DNA of 64,000 nucleotides from the IMG/VR virus record IMGVR_UViG_3300009108_000480; one strand, given 5' to 3'. The notes beneath the pieces were generated by a model. The model was not told the DNA's origin. It saw only the letters and a list, made by a program, of their open reading frames with translations, and ran no database searches. The DNA comes from a virus (Duplodnaviria; Caudoviricetes). The position numbers and the translations under genes were made by a program. Positions 1-10,001 of the stretch are shown one piece after another. Every line of letters starts with the position of its first letter. Position 1 is the stretch's first letter.

Positions 1-936
1 TTCACCTAAAGCGAAATGCACCACCTTTGTTGGTTTCAATCCAAGAGACCTACACCAATGTTTTTGTTCGTCGAAGTATTTTTCAACCATGTAATCTACA
101 TTATAATTTTTCATTAACTGTAAACCAAGACCCGAGGCAAGCCTGTTAGCAACGTTTTCATCATTGCTTATCTGCATTGGATCTTTTATTTTTTCCCTTG
201 TCATTCGTAATGCTATTCTGGCATTTCCTACTGGAAACGCTTTACTGAAACTAAAACTTAAAGACTTAATGCAAGTTGGTGTCAAATCAATTTGTAGAGT
301 ATCATACGTCGCGTTGGGTATGTATATGAAATCTAACATTACTGGTATGCCAATTCTTTCACACTGTTCCAACAAATCTTTTTGCTGTGGATGTTCGTCA
401 CCTAACCGTGCAAAAGGAAAACTTAATATTACAACGTCATCGGCACCCAAATCGTCATCTTCTATGTACGCCCATTTAAGTTCTAAATGTTTCCAAACCT
501 CCATGTGCCACCAGTACTCTCCTTTGAATACTCGAAATCTTTTATCCCGGTATTTCAAATAAAAATTTACAAAGTATTCTTGTGAACCTTGTGAGAAACA
601 ACTGTATTTGAAATCATTAATGCCTTTTAATTGATACCTTGGACATTGTTTCAACCACACCGGAAAATACTCCTCAAATTTTTTCACTACGTAAGGGTCT
701 CGTAAGGATTTGTTCAAATTGATACCTTGAATAAAATCTCTCAAGTGTTGATCCTTTATGCAGTTACCACTAGAATACACACTCCAAGATTTGGACCTTA
801 TCTCGTGGAATTCATCACTTACTGGAATATTCCATAGGTATTCACCCGGAACATCCAACTTCTTTTTTGCTGAGGCTGTCATTAGTGCCCAAGCAATCTT
901 TGTTATTTTATCTGTATTTTGTTTAATATCTGACAT
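1..936 (-). CDS. PLP-dependent aminotransferase-like enzyme (fold type I), 3'-truncated by the window edge
   Basis: Not in the ORF track. Manual translation from ATG at 936 (MSDIKQNTDK...) stays open for 312 codons to position 1. Contains VMLDFIYIP (PLP-binding Asp) and SFSFSKAFPVGNARIALR, matching the S-x-S-K...R motif of class I/II aminotransferases. Confidence 0.7.
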   Translation of the reverse strand, partial: MSDIKQNTDKITKIAWALMTASAKKKLDVPGEYLWNIPVSDEFHEIRSKSWSVYSSGNCIKDQHLRDFIQGINLNKSLRDPYVVKKFEEYFPVWLKQCPRYQLKGINDFKYSCFSQGSQEYFVNFYLKYRDKRFRVFKGEYWWHMEVWKHLELKWAYIEDDDLGADDVVILSFPFARLGDEHPQQKDLLEQCERIGIPVMLDFIYIPNATYDTLQIDLTPTCIKSLSFSFSKAFPVGNARIALRMTREKIKDPMQISNDENVANRLASGLGLQLMKNYNVDYMVEKYFDEQKHWCRSLGLKPTKVVHFALGE

Positions 937-1397
937 GATTCTTCGTAATATTTGTAATCTTCCTCCCAGGTAGGATCGTTGTTGTTCTTATTATGATTGG
1001 TCTTTAGAAACCATTTCAATACAGGTGTATCAAATTTTAATTCCCAATATCCTTTTGGCCCAAAAAACAAACAAGAATCAATCACAGAGTCTTTAGTAAC
1101 ATATCTGCTCTCCCATATCAAATGTTGCAAATCGATCCCGTCTATAGTTAATTTTTCTAATTCAAAATTTAGATCTTGTTTAATTTTATTGTTATCATCT
1201 AAAATAGTGTCCTTGTTCCCTTTGTTTTCAAAAAATATTCTTAAGACATTGTTCTCCTGCGTGTCTGCATCTAAAACTATTCTTCGCTCTACTTTACCAA
1301 CACAAATATCATTACTATTAAGTTCTATTCTGCAAATTGGATACTTGTTATTAACAGGATTAATATTTTTAAACTTAAATTCAAAATTTACTGACAT
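903..1397 (-). CDS. Hypothetical protein in the modification cluster
   Basis: 164-aa ORF overlapping both neighbours on the same strand; no motif recognised. Confidence 0.75.
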   Translation of the reverse strand: MSVNFEFKFKNINPVNNKYPICRIELNSNDICVGKVERRIVLDADTQENNVLRIFFENKGNKDTILDDNNKIKQDLNFELEKLTIDGIDLQHLIWESRYVTKDSVIDSCLFFGPKGYWELKFDTPVLKWFLKTNHNKNNNDPTWEEDYKYYEESCQILNKIQIK

Positions 1398-2842
1398 ACC
1401 TTTACTCCATATTTGTAGGTAAATGCATTGGCATCTTCGATGTCATTTACCATCGGTTGCCCCTTAATATTCAAACTAGTATTTAGAAGCATTGGGCACC
1501 CTGTCTTTTTTTTCCATGCTTTTAACAGCTCATAAAACCCTTCGTTATCGCTTTTAGACACGGTTTGCACACGGCTTGAGTTATCATAGTGTATAATGGC
1601 AGGACAGTCTTTACCATGCGTGTACGCCGCTGTAAACTGCATATAAGGGGTATTTTTTACGGGGGTTGGGAGAGCAAAATAGTCATTTACATCCTCTTCT
1701 AAAATAGCCGGAGCGAATGGTCTAAATTTCTGTCTTCTCTTAATTCGATTTACCATATCCTTAATCCCTGGACCTCTCGGATCAGCCAAAAGCGATCTAT
1801 TACCAAGTGCTCGTGGTCCGAACTCTGCTTTACCATTTGCAACTCCACAAATTTTACTTTCTGTTAATTCTTTTATAATTGCATCAACTGGATATTCACT
1901 TTTAATGTTATAACCTAAAAATGGATTTTTCCAATTTAAATGTTTTTGTTCTGAAGCCGCAATACATCCTATTGAAGATCCTGCATCACCCGGATTAGGA
2001 ATAATCCAAATATTATCAAACAATCCCATATTAGCAAGTCCTGAATTAGCTACACAATTTAATGCAACACCTCCTACATAAACTAAATTTTTACTACCAT
2101 ACTCAGATGCTCTTTGCCATAAATTTGCAAGACATTCTACAAGAACAGCTTGTACTGATGCGGCAAGATCAACTGGATCTGCGCCGGCGTGCCAATTACC
2201 TATACCTTGATGTAAGTTTTGTTTTAATTTAAAAGGACCTTGCTGAACAAAATCTTCATATATATCATCTTTATAATCTGGTTTTCCATATGCCGCCATT
2301 CCCATTAAAATATATTCTTCTTCTGCAGGTTTTAATCCACAACGTTGTGTAAATGCAGAATACAATATTCCTAATGAATGCGGATACCTTATAGTTTCTT
2401 TCCGTTCAATTTTATTTCCTTTTGCAACTGATATAGACACTGTATCCCATTCTCCAATTGCATCAACTGTAAGAATTACTGCTTCTTTAAATGGTGATGT
2501 AAAATATCCTGCCGCGGCGTGTGAATTATGATGATTTACATATTCATCAATTTTAATTCCAAACCTATCCAAATTCCATTGTGGCATTTCTGTATAACTT
2601 AAAGCATCACTATATTGTCCTGCATATAGTTGTCTAGTTTTCTTTAACAAAGGTTTTTCATAATAAACAACTTTATCAAACGGTCCATATGTTTTTGCTT
2701 CGTCAACAATTGCTTGATTTAAGAAATGATCATTTTTAATTCTTGAATAACGTTCTGAATGTGCGGCCCACAGAATTTCTCTGTCGTCTACTACTGCCAT
2801 TGCGGCGTCATGGTTCATGCAATTTATTCCTAATATCCTCAT
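1388..2842 (-). CDS. Carbamoyltransferase (NodU/CmcH/TobZ family)
   Basis: N-terminal HDAAMA...HSER, HHNSHAAAGYF, TVDAIGEW, GGVALNC, GDAG, EFGPRALGNRSLLA, KRRQKFRPFAP, SRVQTV and LLNTSLN motifs. Confidence 0.95.
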   Translation of the reverse strand: MRILGINCMNHDAAMAVVDDREILWAAHSERYSRIKNDHFLNQAIVDEAKTYGPFDKVVYYEKPLLKKTRQLYAGQYSDALSYTEMPQWNLDRFGIKIDEYVNHHNSHAAAGYFTSPFKEAVILTVDAIGEWDTVSISVAKGNKIERKETIRYPHSLGILYSAFTQRCGLKPAEEEYILMGMAAYGKPDYKDDIYEDFVQQGPFKLKQNLHQGIGNWHAGADPVDLAASVQAVLVECLANLWQRASEYGSKNLVYVGGVALNCVANSGLANMGLFDNIWIIPNPGDAGSSIGCIAASEQKHLNWKNPFLGYNIKSEYPVDAIIKELTESKICGVANGKAEFGPRALGNRSLLADPRGPGIKDMVNRIKRRQKFRPFAPAILEEDVNDYFALPTPVKNTPYMQFTAAYTHGKDCPAIIHYDNSSRVQTVSKSDNEGFYELLKAWKKKTGCPMLLNTSLNIKGQPMVNDIEDANAFTYKYGVKVCQ

Positions 2843-3276
2843 ATGCTATGACGTCCTATTAATTGAAATTTTTCTGTTATATCATTCTTAATCATAAATG
2901 CCCACATATCTGCATCATAGTGCGTTACTATAAAATCTGGATTTTTTGGTTCTTCAAACATTTGATTTGTGTCTTCAAATCTTCCTTTTTTAATCGTATC
3001 CATCCAAATTGTATAACTGGCATTAAAATCGTTTCTAGTACGTTCTGTTGGGCAAATAAAATCTGCTACAACAATTCTATTATCATTTGCGGCTTCTTGT
3101 GCTAATTGTTTCATTCTGTTTGCTTGTCTTACTCTACCTTCTGCAGAAAAATCAAAATCGTTTGCTTCTTTTCTTACCTCATCGGCATTTAAATGAACTG
3201 CCATTAGCATTGGTGCTAACTTTTTTGCTAATGTGGTTTTTCCTGATCCCGGTAATCCCATTATTAATATTTTCAT
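2839..3276 (-). CDS. Adenylylsulfate (APS) kinase-like P-loop kinase, short form
   Basis: GLPGSGKTT Walker A; LNADEVR, DFSAEGRVRQ, VADFICP and FEEP resemble CysC, but the protein is only 145 aa. Confidence 0.7.
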   Translation of the reverse strand: MKILIMGLPGSGKTTLAKKLAPMLMAVHLNADEVRKEANDFDFSAEGRVRQANRMKQLAQEAANDNRIVVADFICPTERTRNDFNASYTIWMDTIKKGRFEDTNQMFEEPKNPDFIVTHYDADMWAFMIKNDITEKFQLIGRHSI

Positions 3277-3381
3277 TTATTTGTATATAAAAGGGTCTTT
3301 TTTCTTTAGTTCTTTTAATCTTTTACGATAAGCAAATTCTTGCTTAATCTTTTTGATTAAATTTTTTAACCAACTAAACAT
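3277..3381 (-). CDS. 34-aa basic peptide MFSWLKNLIKKIKQEFAYRKRLKELKKKDPFIYK
   Basis: Manual translation. GGAGG Shine-Dalgarno upstream, start overlaps the end of the upstream gene, and the stop abuts the next ATG. Confidence 0.8.
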   Translation of the reverse strand: MFSWLKNLIKKIKQEFAYRKRLKELKKKDPFIYK

Positions 3382-4198
3382 TTTTTCCTCCTATTATTTC
3401 TTTAAACTTAGGTAACATTAATTTTACAGCATCTAGGTGTGCTTTGTCTAGCGGATGTGTTACCCCTTTTTCATATTCATTTAACGTTGCCCACTGGTTA
3501 AATCCCATCATTCTTTCACCAAAACTAAACCATTTGGTAAAATCTATTTCATTATATAATGCTTTCATAAACGAATCCTTCTCACTATGTAAAGTCATTT
3601 CATCATAAAACAAAGTATTATCTGCAAGTGTAAACATAAATGGAATTTTTTTCTTTTCCAATAAATTTTGCAACCAAATAATTGATTTCCAACTCAAATA
3701 TAATTCATGATATTCGTTAGCCGCATTTTTATATAACGAATTTGCAAAATCACTTACACCAGTATTTTTTAATAAATCTCTTCTATGTTTCCATACTTCT
3801 TGTTGTGGTTCCGATCCTGATAACTCTCTAAATGCTTCGGCTTCACCTTGTACTGTATCCCATGGTGTTATTGTTGCCCAACGAGTATTTTCTAAATTTT
3901 TATGCCTTGGCATTGCCCAATCATACCGTGATAAAAATGACCACATTACAGCAACTCCAGTAATATCTTTTAAATTTCCTACGGCGTTAAAAACTCTACG
4001 AGCAATTCCTGTATTACCAGAACCTGGCCTTGCTGTACAAACATAATCGTCAGGCTGACAAAGATTTAATTCTTGACTTAAAATGTATGCCCAACTTTGT
4101 TTAGATGGTGTTTTACCTTCGTTATCATCTGACAATTCATGTCCAAATGTAAAACTACAACCGCCTGCTATAAATTTTTTTACAACTTTTTTATTCAT
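3374..4198 (-). CDS. SGNH/GDSL-like hydrolase or acyltransferase (GCS variant)
   Basis: IAGGCSFTFG block I, ARPGSGN block II, and C-terminal THP. Confidence 0.6.
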   Translation of the reverse strand: MNKKVVKKFIAGGCSFTFGHELSDDNEGKTPSKQSWAYILSQELNLCQPDDYVCTARPGSGNTGIARRVFNAVGNLKDITGVAVMWSFLSRYDWAMPRHKNLENTRWATITPWDTVQGEAEAFRELSGSEPQQEVWKHRRDLLKNTGVSDFANSLYKNAANEYHELYLSWKSIIWLQNLLEKKKIPFMFTLADNTLFYDEMTLHSEKDSFMKALYNEIDFTKWFSFGERMMGFNQWATLNEYEKGVTHPLDKAHLDAVKLMLPKFKEIIGGKNV

Positions 4199-5357
4199 AA
4201 ATTTTTAATACTTTATTTAAAAGTGGAAAAACATCTCCAAAATTTTCTTCTCTATACTTGTCTGTTTGTAAAATACGTTCTTTTCTTTGTTTTTGTATTT
4301 CTCTAGAATCTCTATGTGCTGAATTCATAAATCTTAATGTAGGTTTAAAATCGTTTAAATCTGAATAACGTGAATTTACAATATTTTTTATTTGTTTTGG
4401 TAATGTTTGAATATTAAAATAATCCGGATCAAAACAAGTATTAACATAAAAAAATGTTGGTTCAAATTGTCTTACCCATAATGCAATTTTTGCCAAACTA
4501 AAAATGTTAAAAATACTAATTGTTGTACAAATTTGAAATTCCATATTTGCTAATTGATATACTTTAAATTGATTTAGATTATAATTTACTTCTTTCCAAT
4601 TTGCAGGATGTCTTTGGTATTGAAATTGTTCTCCTACATCATCAATACTAAACGCAATTTCAACTCTTTTAAAATGTTTCCACAAATCAAAAATTTCTCT
4701 ACCCGGGTAATGTGTTCCATTTGTATTATAATGTATATCTTGATTTTTAGCATACCCTTTTTCAACACAATGTTCTAATATTTTAAAATGATTATGTATC
4801 ATAAAAGGTTCTCCGCCTGTGAATTCAAAATATTCTACATCTTCTAATACTTCTTTTATATCATCAAAAAATTGTGGATTCTTTTTAGGCCATCCACCTT
4901 CTGTTAAGTGCTTTCTTGCAACTGGATTTTCTCCATAGTCTAATTCTTCCTGTGCCCATTTACTAGAACTCCAACTACCACATATTCTACATTTTAAATT
5001 ACATACATTTCCTAACTTAAAATCTATAAATTTTAAATTTGTTTCACTGTCTGGTGTCCAGTCTTTTAAACTATGTTTCATTTTGTAAAGTGAATTCATA
5101 CGTTTACTAATCTTTCCAGCACTTTCTTCTTGCCAACAACTTTGACATCCTATCGGTTTTTTACCGTCTTTAAATTGTTGTCTTAATTTTTCCATATACT
5201 CTGAATTCTGTATTGTTTTAAGATTTGTTTCATATACCTTATAATTTGGAATAGTACCTTTATACAAACAACAAGGCGATGCTGAGCCATTTACGTCAAT
5301 TTCTAAACTAGTCCACGGCAACGGGCAAATGTTTGATTTTATATACTTGTCCACCAT
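4191..5357 (-). CDS. Radical SAM enzyme 1 with N-terminal Twitch/SPASM-like domain
   Basis: CNLKCRIC (CxxxCxxC), TGGEP, YNTNG; N-terminal CPLPW...PCC...CQSC. Confidence 0.92.
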   Translation of the reverse strand: MVDKYIKSNICPLPWTSLEIDVNGSASPCCLYKGTIPNYKVYETNLKTIQNSEYMEKLRQQFKDGKKPIGCQSCWQEESAGKISKRMNSLYKMKHSLKDWTPDSETNLKFIDFKLGNVCNLKCRICGSWSSSKWAQEELDYGENPVARKHLTEGGWPKKNPQFFDDIKEVLEDVEYFEFTGGEPFMIHNHFKILEHCVEKGYAKNQDIHYNTNGTHYPGREIFDLWKHFKRVEIAFSIDDVGEQFQYQRHPANWKEVNYNLNQFKVYQLANMEFQICTTISIFNIFSLAKIALWVRQFEPTFFYVNTCFDPDYFNIQTLPKQIKNIVNSRYSDLNDFKPTLRFMNSAHRDSREIQKQRKERILQTDKYREENFGDVFPLLNKVLKIYE

Positions 5358-6700
5358 TCTAATACCTTTTTATTTTTACCTAATATTTTTTTAATATCTG
5401 TTCCTCTAATTCTATCTAAATATTCTAGATGTTTTTTTCCTTCTCTAAGACCTTCCCAATACAATTTTGTTGAATATTTTTCTTGATTGGTTGGGTGCGA
5501 TTTTAAATCTTTTAATCCTGCAAAAAAAGCCATATTAAAAACATTAGGCTTATCTGTAATTTTATTTTGCACTTCTGACACTATTTCTTCTAAAATATCT
5601 CTTGGCAAACACAAAGGACTTAACAAAAGATCATTAGTGAAACTAAAAACTTTTTTACACAATAATGGTACTTTTAATTCCTTACTTAATTTATACATAT
5701 TTTCTAAATCAAATAAACCCGGCAATGTAACAGTTAAATCTAATTGTAATTGCCGTGGATGCTTAACAAATTTTCTGGCATACTGCATATTTTTAAACCA
5801 TTGTTTATAATCTAATCCTGTTCTAATATATTCTCCAATTTCTCCTGTACCGTCTATTGATGCATTAATTTGCCAATCTTGAAAATGTATTAAACAATCA
5901 TCAAATAAATTTTTTCCATAAAAGTCTATTCTACTCATATTAGAATTATATCGTGCAAATACACTATTTGCATAACCTAACTCTACAACCCTCTGCATAG
6001 CTGTCCAATGTATCTTCCACATTAAAGGTTCACCACCACACCAATAAAATTCTTTAATTCTTTTTTCTTCTATTGCTTCTGTAAATTCTTTAACTACTTG
6101 TTGATCATGAAATTTTTGTAATCTTTCTTTAATATCTTTCCTTCCCCAAATTCTTTTGTTTTCATAATCTACTGTTCCGTGCTTTTTATTTTCTGCCTCC
6201 CACGTGCTTGATAACATATCACCACACATTCTACAACTAAAATTACATAAATTTGAAAATCTATAATCGAAACTAGTAACTTTCATTTGTGTATGCCCTG
6301 TTTCATCGGTTTTCTCAAATGCTTCATTTATTTGATTGGAATACATTCGATTAAAATGCTGTCTATATACGTTTGCATTTAAAAGTTTATAATTACAAGT
6401 TTCACACTGTGGTATTTCTTTTCCTGCCATTAAATCTTTTCTAACACCCTTCATATAATTAGAATTCCAATGTTCTTCAAGAGTAGGCAAATTTAATTTA
6501 ACACTACCGTCGGATTCTTGCTTATCAATATACTGCTTAAAGTTTGTAAATCCTTCCAAACTAGCACAACACAACCTTCTTTCCATTTGTGGTGACAAAT
6601 ACGTATGCACCCATGGTGCCATACAAAATGTTTTATTTCCTTCAGAAGGTTTATTTCTTTTCATACTTGTTAAATAACTCCTTCCATTCTGGAAATACAT
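5339..6700 (-). CDS. Radical SAM enzyme 2 with N-terminal Twitch/SPASM-like domain
   Basis: CNFSCRMC, CGGEP, ASIDG; N-terminal CMAPW...LCC...CETC. True start is probably ATG at 6664. Confidence 0.92.
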   Translation of the reverse strand: MYFQNGRSYLTSMKRNKPSEGNKTFCMAPWVHTYLSPQMERRLCCASLEGFTNFKQYIDKQESDGSVKLNLPTLEEHWNSNYMKGVRKDLMAGKEIPQCETCNYKLLNANVYRQHFNRMYSNQINEAFEKTDETGHTQMKVTSFDYRFSNLCNFSCRMCGDMLSSTWEAENKKHGTVDYENKRIWGRKDIKERLQKFHDQQVVKEFTEAIEEKRIKEFYWCGGEPLMWKIHWTAMQRVVELGYANSVFARYNSNMSRIDFYGKNLFDDCLIHFQDWQINASIDGTGEIGEYIRTGLDYKQWFKNMQYARKFVKHPRQLQLDLTVTLPGLFDLENMYKLSKELKVPLLCKKVFSFTNDLLLSPLCLPRDILEEIVSEVQNKITDKPNVFNMAFFAGLKDLKSHPTNQEKYSTKLYWEGLREGKKHLEYLDRIRGTDIKKILGKNKKVLEWWTSI

Positions 6701-7943
6701 CTAGTGTTTTTTCGTTCCTAATTTCATCATATTTTCGTGTTTGTGCAAAATGTAAATCCAAATGTTTTTGATTATCTGTTTTAAACATCCAATTTAATGC
6801 TGATTCAAACCCTTTAGTTGCCCTTGTTAATGGGTCTTTATCTTTTAACCATTTCATATGTGCATCATACTTTTCTTTTACTTGCTGTTTAAACTCAGGT
6901 GGAAGTAAATCTATTCTTTGCCAAGTAGGATGTTGTAATAAATTATAATTGAAATCTTGTGATTTAATTAATCCTTGTTCTACCCAACTTTTATGAAAAT
7001 CACAAACGTGTAAAGAATTAACTAAACCAACAGTAGAACTTATATAAAAATCTACTTTAGGACAAACTTCCATCATTCTTTTTCTATTAGCAACAATATC
7101 TTTCCATACAGTACCTTTACGCATTAATTCTCCACGTGGGCCTTCTGCATCTAAACTTGCACCAATTGAAACTGAATCAAATTTGTTCCATAGCTCAAAA
7201 ACATCTATGTCTTTAAATTTAGTTCTACTAAAATTAGTATTATAAATTAATCTTACGTGATACATTTTACGTTTATCTAATTCTTTTAATATTCTATAAT
7301 GTTCTTCCATAATAATTGGTTCACCTCCAGCAAAATAAAATTGTTCTGTGTGCTCAAATGATTCTAACATCTGTTCCCACAAATCGTTTGTATATCTACC
7401 AACTCTCATTATTTTTGCATGGGGAGGAGGACTACCTGTTAATTTTTTATGGTCTTCATACCAGTTAGAACTAAACCATGTACCACAACTTCTACAAGCC
7501 ATATTGCATAAGTTGGAAAAACGTATATCCCAATATTTCATTACAAAGTCAGCAGTACCGTCAGGTTGTGTTGAATCAACTAGTCCAATATTATGTCCAA
7601 AGTGCTTATTAGAACTTAAACGTAAACTAAAAAATCCTGATTTTTCTTGGTCATAACACTTTATACATTCACGTGATTTTTTATTATTCAACATTTTCAA
7701 ACGCATTTCTTTCATTTTATCATTATTAAAAACTTCTTTTAAACTTTGCTTGTTTAAATCACCTACTGGATAAGGATCAAAAGCAAAACAACAAGGATAT
7801 GCTCTACCATCTGGATATGCGTGAAGATGCATCCACGGTAACATACAAAATGATTCACTTTCTATTAACAACTCCTTTTGTTTAGGAGTCATATTTTTTA
7901 TTTTTAATTTCTCAGGCTCTTTTGCCCCGTACTCATATGCCAC
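6651..7943 (-). CDS. Radical SAM enzyme 3 with N-terminal Twitch/SPASM-like domain
   Basis: CNMACRSC, AGGEP, YNTN, ASLD; N-terminal CMLPW...PCC...CIKC. Confidence 0.92.
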   Translation of the reverse strand: MAYEYGAKEPEKLKIKNMTPKQKELLIESESFCMLPWMHLHAYPDGRAYPCCFAFDPYPVGDLNKQSLKEVFNNDKMKEMRLKMLNNKKSRECIKCYDQEKSGFFSLRLSSNKHFGHNIGLVDSTQPDGTADFVMKYWDIRFSNLCNMACRSCGTWFSSNWYEDHKKLTGSPPPHAKIMRVGRYTNDLWEQMLESFEHTEQFYFAGGEPIIMEEHYRILKELDKRKMYHVRLIYNTNFSRTKFKDIDVFELWNKFDSVSIGASLDAEGPRGELMRKGTVWKDIVANRKRMMEVCPKVDFYISSTVGLVNSLHVCDFHKSWVEQGLIKSQDFNYNLLQHPTWQRIDLLPPEFKQQVKEKYDAHMKWLKDKDPLTRATKGFESALNWMFKTDNQKHLDLHFAQTRKYDEIRNEKTLDVFPEWKELFNKYEKK

Positions 7944-9279
7944 GGTACCATTCTCCTATAATTGGGAAAGTTTTTTCAAAATTCTTTCCTCTTCTTTTAT
8001 CATATTGTGTATAAAATGTTTTAAAATCTTTTCTTAACTTATCAACTGATGCAGAATCCTTATGTGGAGTCTTCACAACATCCAAATAATCCACTAATCT
8101 TTGGACCTGATTAATTTCCATTTCCTCTAATAGCGAGCCAAATTGCCGTAAAAATTTTTCTAAATTCTGTTTAAACATATTACGCAAGTCGTCGGGTAGA
8201 ACTAAAGCACTTTGAAAGCTAGGAAATCTTAAAATATTTAAAGTAAAATTAAAAGGTATTCCATAATGCTTACAAGCACTTTCTTTTTGTTTAACAATTG
8301 TTTCTAAAAACTGTGGCAACGATTCTAAACATAAAGCATTAATGGTACACATATTATGAATTTGTGATGGCACACGATCTTGCATCATGTTAACAACTTC
8401 AACAAACCATTGTGAATAATTTAAACCATCTCTAATATATTCTGCTTGTTCGTTTGTTGCCTCCATTGATGTATATAAATGAAAGTTGTCAAAGTGTTTA
8501 AGTTTGGCTTTGAACTTTTCTATCATTTCACTTTTTGCCCCTAAATTGGAGTTTATAGCCAAACGCATATTTGGGTTAATTTTATCCTTTTGTGTCTCAA
8601 ACCAATCTAATAATCGCCATAAATTTGGTGACATCATTGGTTCTCCACCTGTAATTCTTAATTCATCTAAACTTTTATGCAAATCTGTCTCCCACCATTT
8701 GTAAAATGCTTCTACATATGGATTTGCTTCATCTTTTTTATATGGTTCTGCAGAATCGTGTGCATGAGTAAAGTGATTACGCCCATCTGTTGTTAAATTT
8801 TTATATGGACCTTTATATTTGATGTCATTTGCCCACGTTGTACTAAATGCAGGATTACAATATGAACAAGCAAAGTTGCAAGTTCTATCAAATGCAATTT
8901 CTAAAGTTTTTAAATTATAATCTGTTTTATAATCTGTTCTAAATGCATCATCTAATGCCATATCAGAATAAATTTTTGATTTATATACTCTATCTGATAT
9001 TGCATCTCGTCCTATGTCTTCAATTTTCCAACAATATTCACATCCTGCAGGTCGTTCTCCAACTTGCATTTGTCTTCGTTGTTCTTTTTTCTGTTTTGTA
9101 TTGTGTATTGCAGAAGGATTTGTTTTTATTTCTTCCAGATTAATTGCGTGTGGCAATGGATGGTGACAAGATGTTGTTTGTCCTGATCCTAACCATATAG
9201 TCGCATTGTACCATTTAGCCGCACAAAATGATGCTGACTTTGTATCTAGTTTTTCTTTTTTAAATTTAAGGTCTTCCAT
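7933..9279 (-). CDS. Radical SAM enzyme 4 with N-terminal Cys-rich domain
   Basis: CNFACSYC, TGGEP; N-terminal CAAKW...SCHH...CEYC. Confidence 0.92.
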   Translation of the reverse strand: MEDLKFKKEKLDTKSASFCAAKWYNATIWLGSGQTTSCHHPLPHAINLEEIKTNPSAIHNTKQKKEQRRQMQVGERPAGCEYCWKIEDIGRDAISDRVYKSKIYSDMALDDAFRTDYKTDYNLKTLEIAFDRTCNFACSYCNPAFSTTWANDIKYKGPYKNLTTDGRNHFTHAHDSAEPYKKDEANPYVEAFYKWWETDLHKSLDELRITGGEPMMSPNLWRLLDWFETQKDKINPNMRLAINSNLGAKSEMIEKFKAKLKHFDNFHLYTSMEATNEQAEYIRDGLNYSQWFVEVVNMMQDRVPSQIHNMCTINALCLESLPQFLETIVKQKESACKHYGIPFNFTLNILRFPSFQSALVLPDDLRNMFKQNLEKFLRQFGSLLEEMEINQVQRLVDYLDVVKTPHKDSASVDKLRKDFKTFYTQYDKRRGKNFEKTFPIIGEWYRGI

Positions 9280-10001
9280 TCTTTTAATTTCCTATATTCC
9301 TCTTCTGGTGGTTCTATGTCACTTTTAAAAATAATATCTTTAACCCATTTATAATGTGTAAATGGTAACGGATGTAGATCACTTTTTTCTGCAAATTGTT
9401 CAGGATATAATTCATAAGCAAAGTCATCTAATCCACCAAAGTCTTTATAAAATATAAACTTACTCCAATCAATTTTATTGTATAATGCCCTTTGTCCATT
9501 TGACATTTTATCTTTGTCGTGCATAATAATATGTCCTCGATAACACATCATTTTATATTCAATATTATGCTTTTCTAAATACATTTGTGTAAACAAAATC
9601 CTTTCAAGCATACGTACATCATTTTGCCTTTCGTTTTGAAACCAACGTACATAATATTCATGTTTGTCTTTAAAATAATGACCACCATAAAAAACATTCC
9701 AATTAAAGTCTGGATCCCAACGAGAATATGTAACAGTTTCATCTTTTTTCAAATCTTGGTCAATCTTATCGTGTACAATTTCATATCTATTTGTTCCTGA
9801 CCACATAATATAAACTTTCTCTGTACTACTCTTCCATTTATTAATAGCATTATAAACTGATCTCATTATAATTTCGTTAGAGTTACCTGCCGCTCCTAAA
9901 TTTTTTAAATCATACCCATTTTCAAACCATGATAAAAAGTTTGGCCAACATGGCCATTTATATTTTGTATAACTACAACCTGTTGTTATTATTTTTTTCA
10001 T
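9246..10001 (-). CDS. SGNH/GDSL-like hydrolase or acyltransferase (GCS variant)
   Basis: ITTGCSYT, NLGAAGNSN and DLHP motifs. Confidence 0.6.
   Translation of the reverse strand: MKKIITTGCSYTKYKWPCWPNFLSWFENGYDLKNLGAAGNSNEIIMRSVYNAINKWKSSTEKVYIMWSGTNRYEIVHDKIDQDLKKDETVTYSRWDPDFNWNVFYGGHYFKDKHEYYVRWFQNERQNDVRMLERILFTQMYLEKHNIEYKMMCYRGHIIMHDKDKMSNGQRALYNKIDWSKFIFYKDFGGLDDFAYELYPEQFAEKSDLHPLPFTHYKWVKDIIFKSDIEPPEEEYRKLKEWKTLNLKKKN

Noticed and set aside
164-1422. Plus-strand ORFs 164-562, 758-973 and 997-1422, and the many similar short antisense ORFs throughout the track
   Set aside because: They are shadows opposite long, motif-bearing genes, with no RBS or domain signal.
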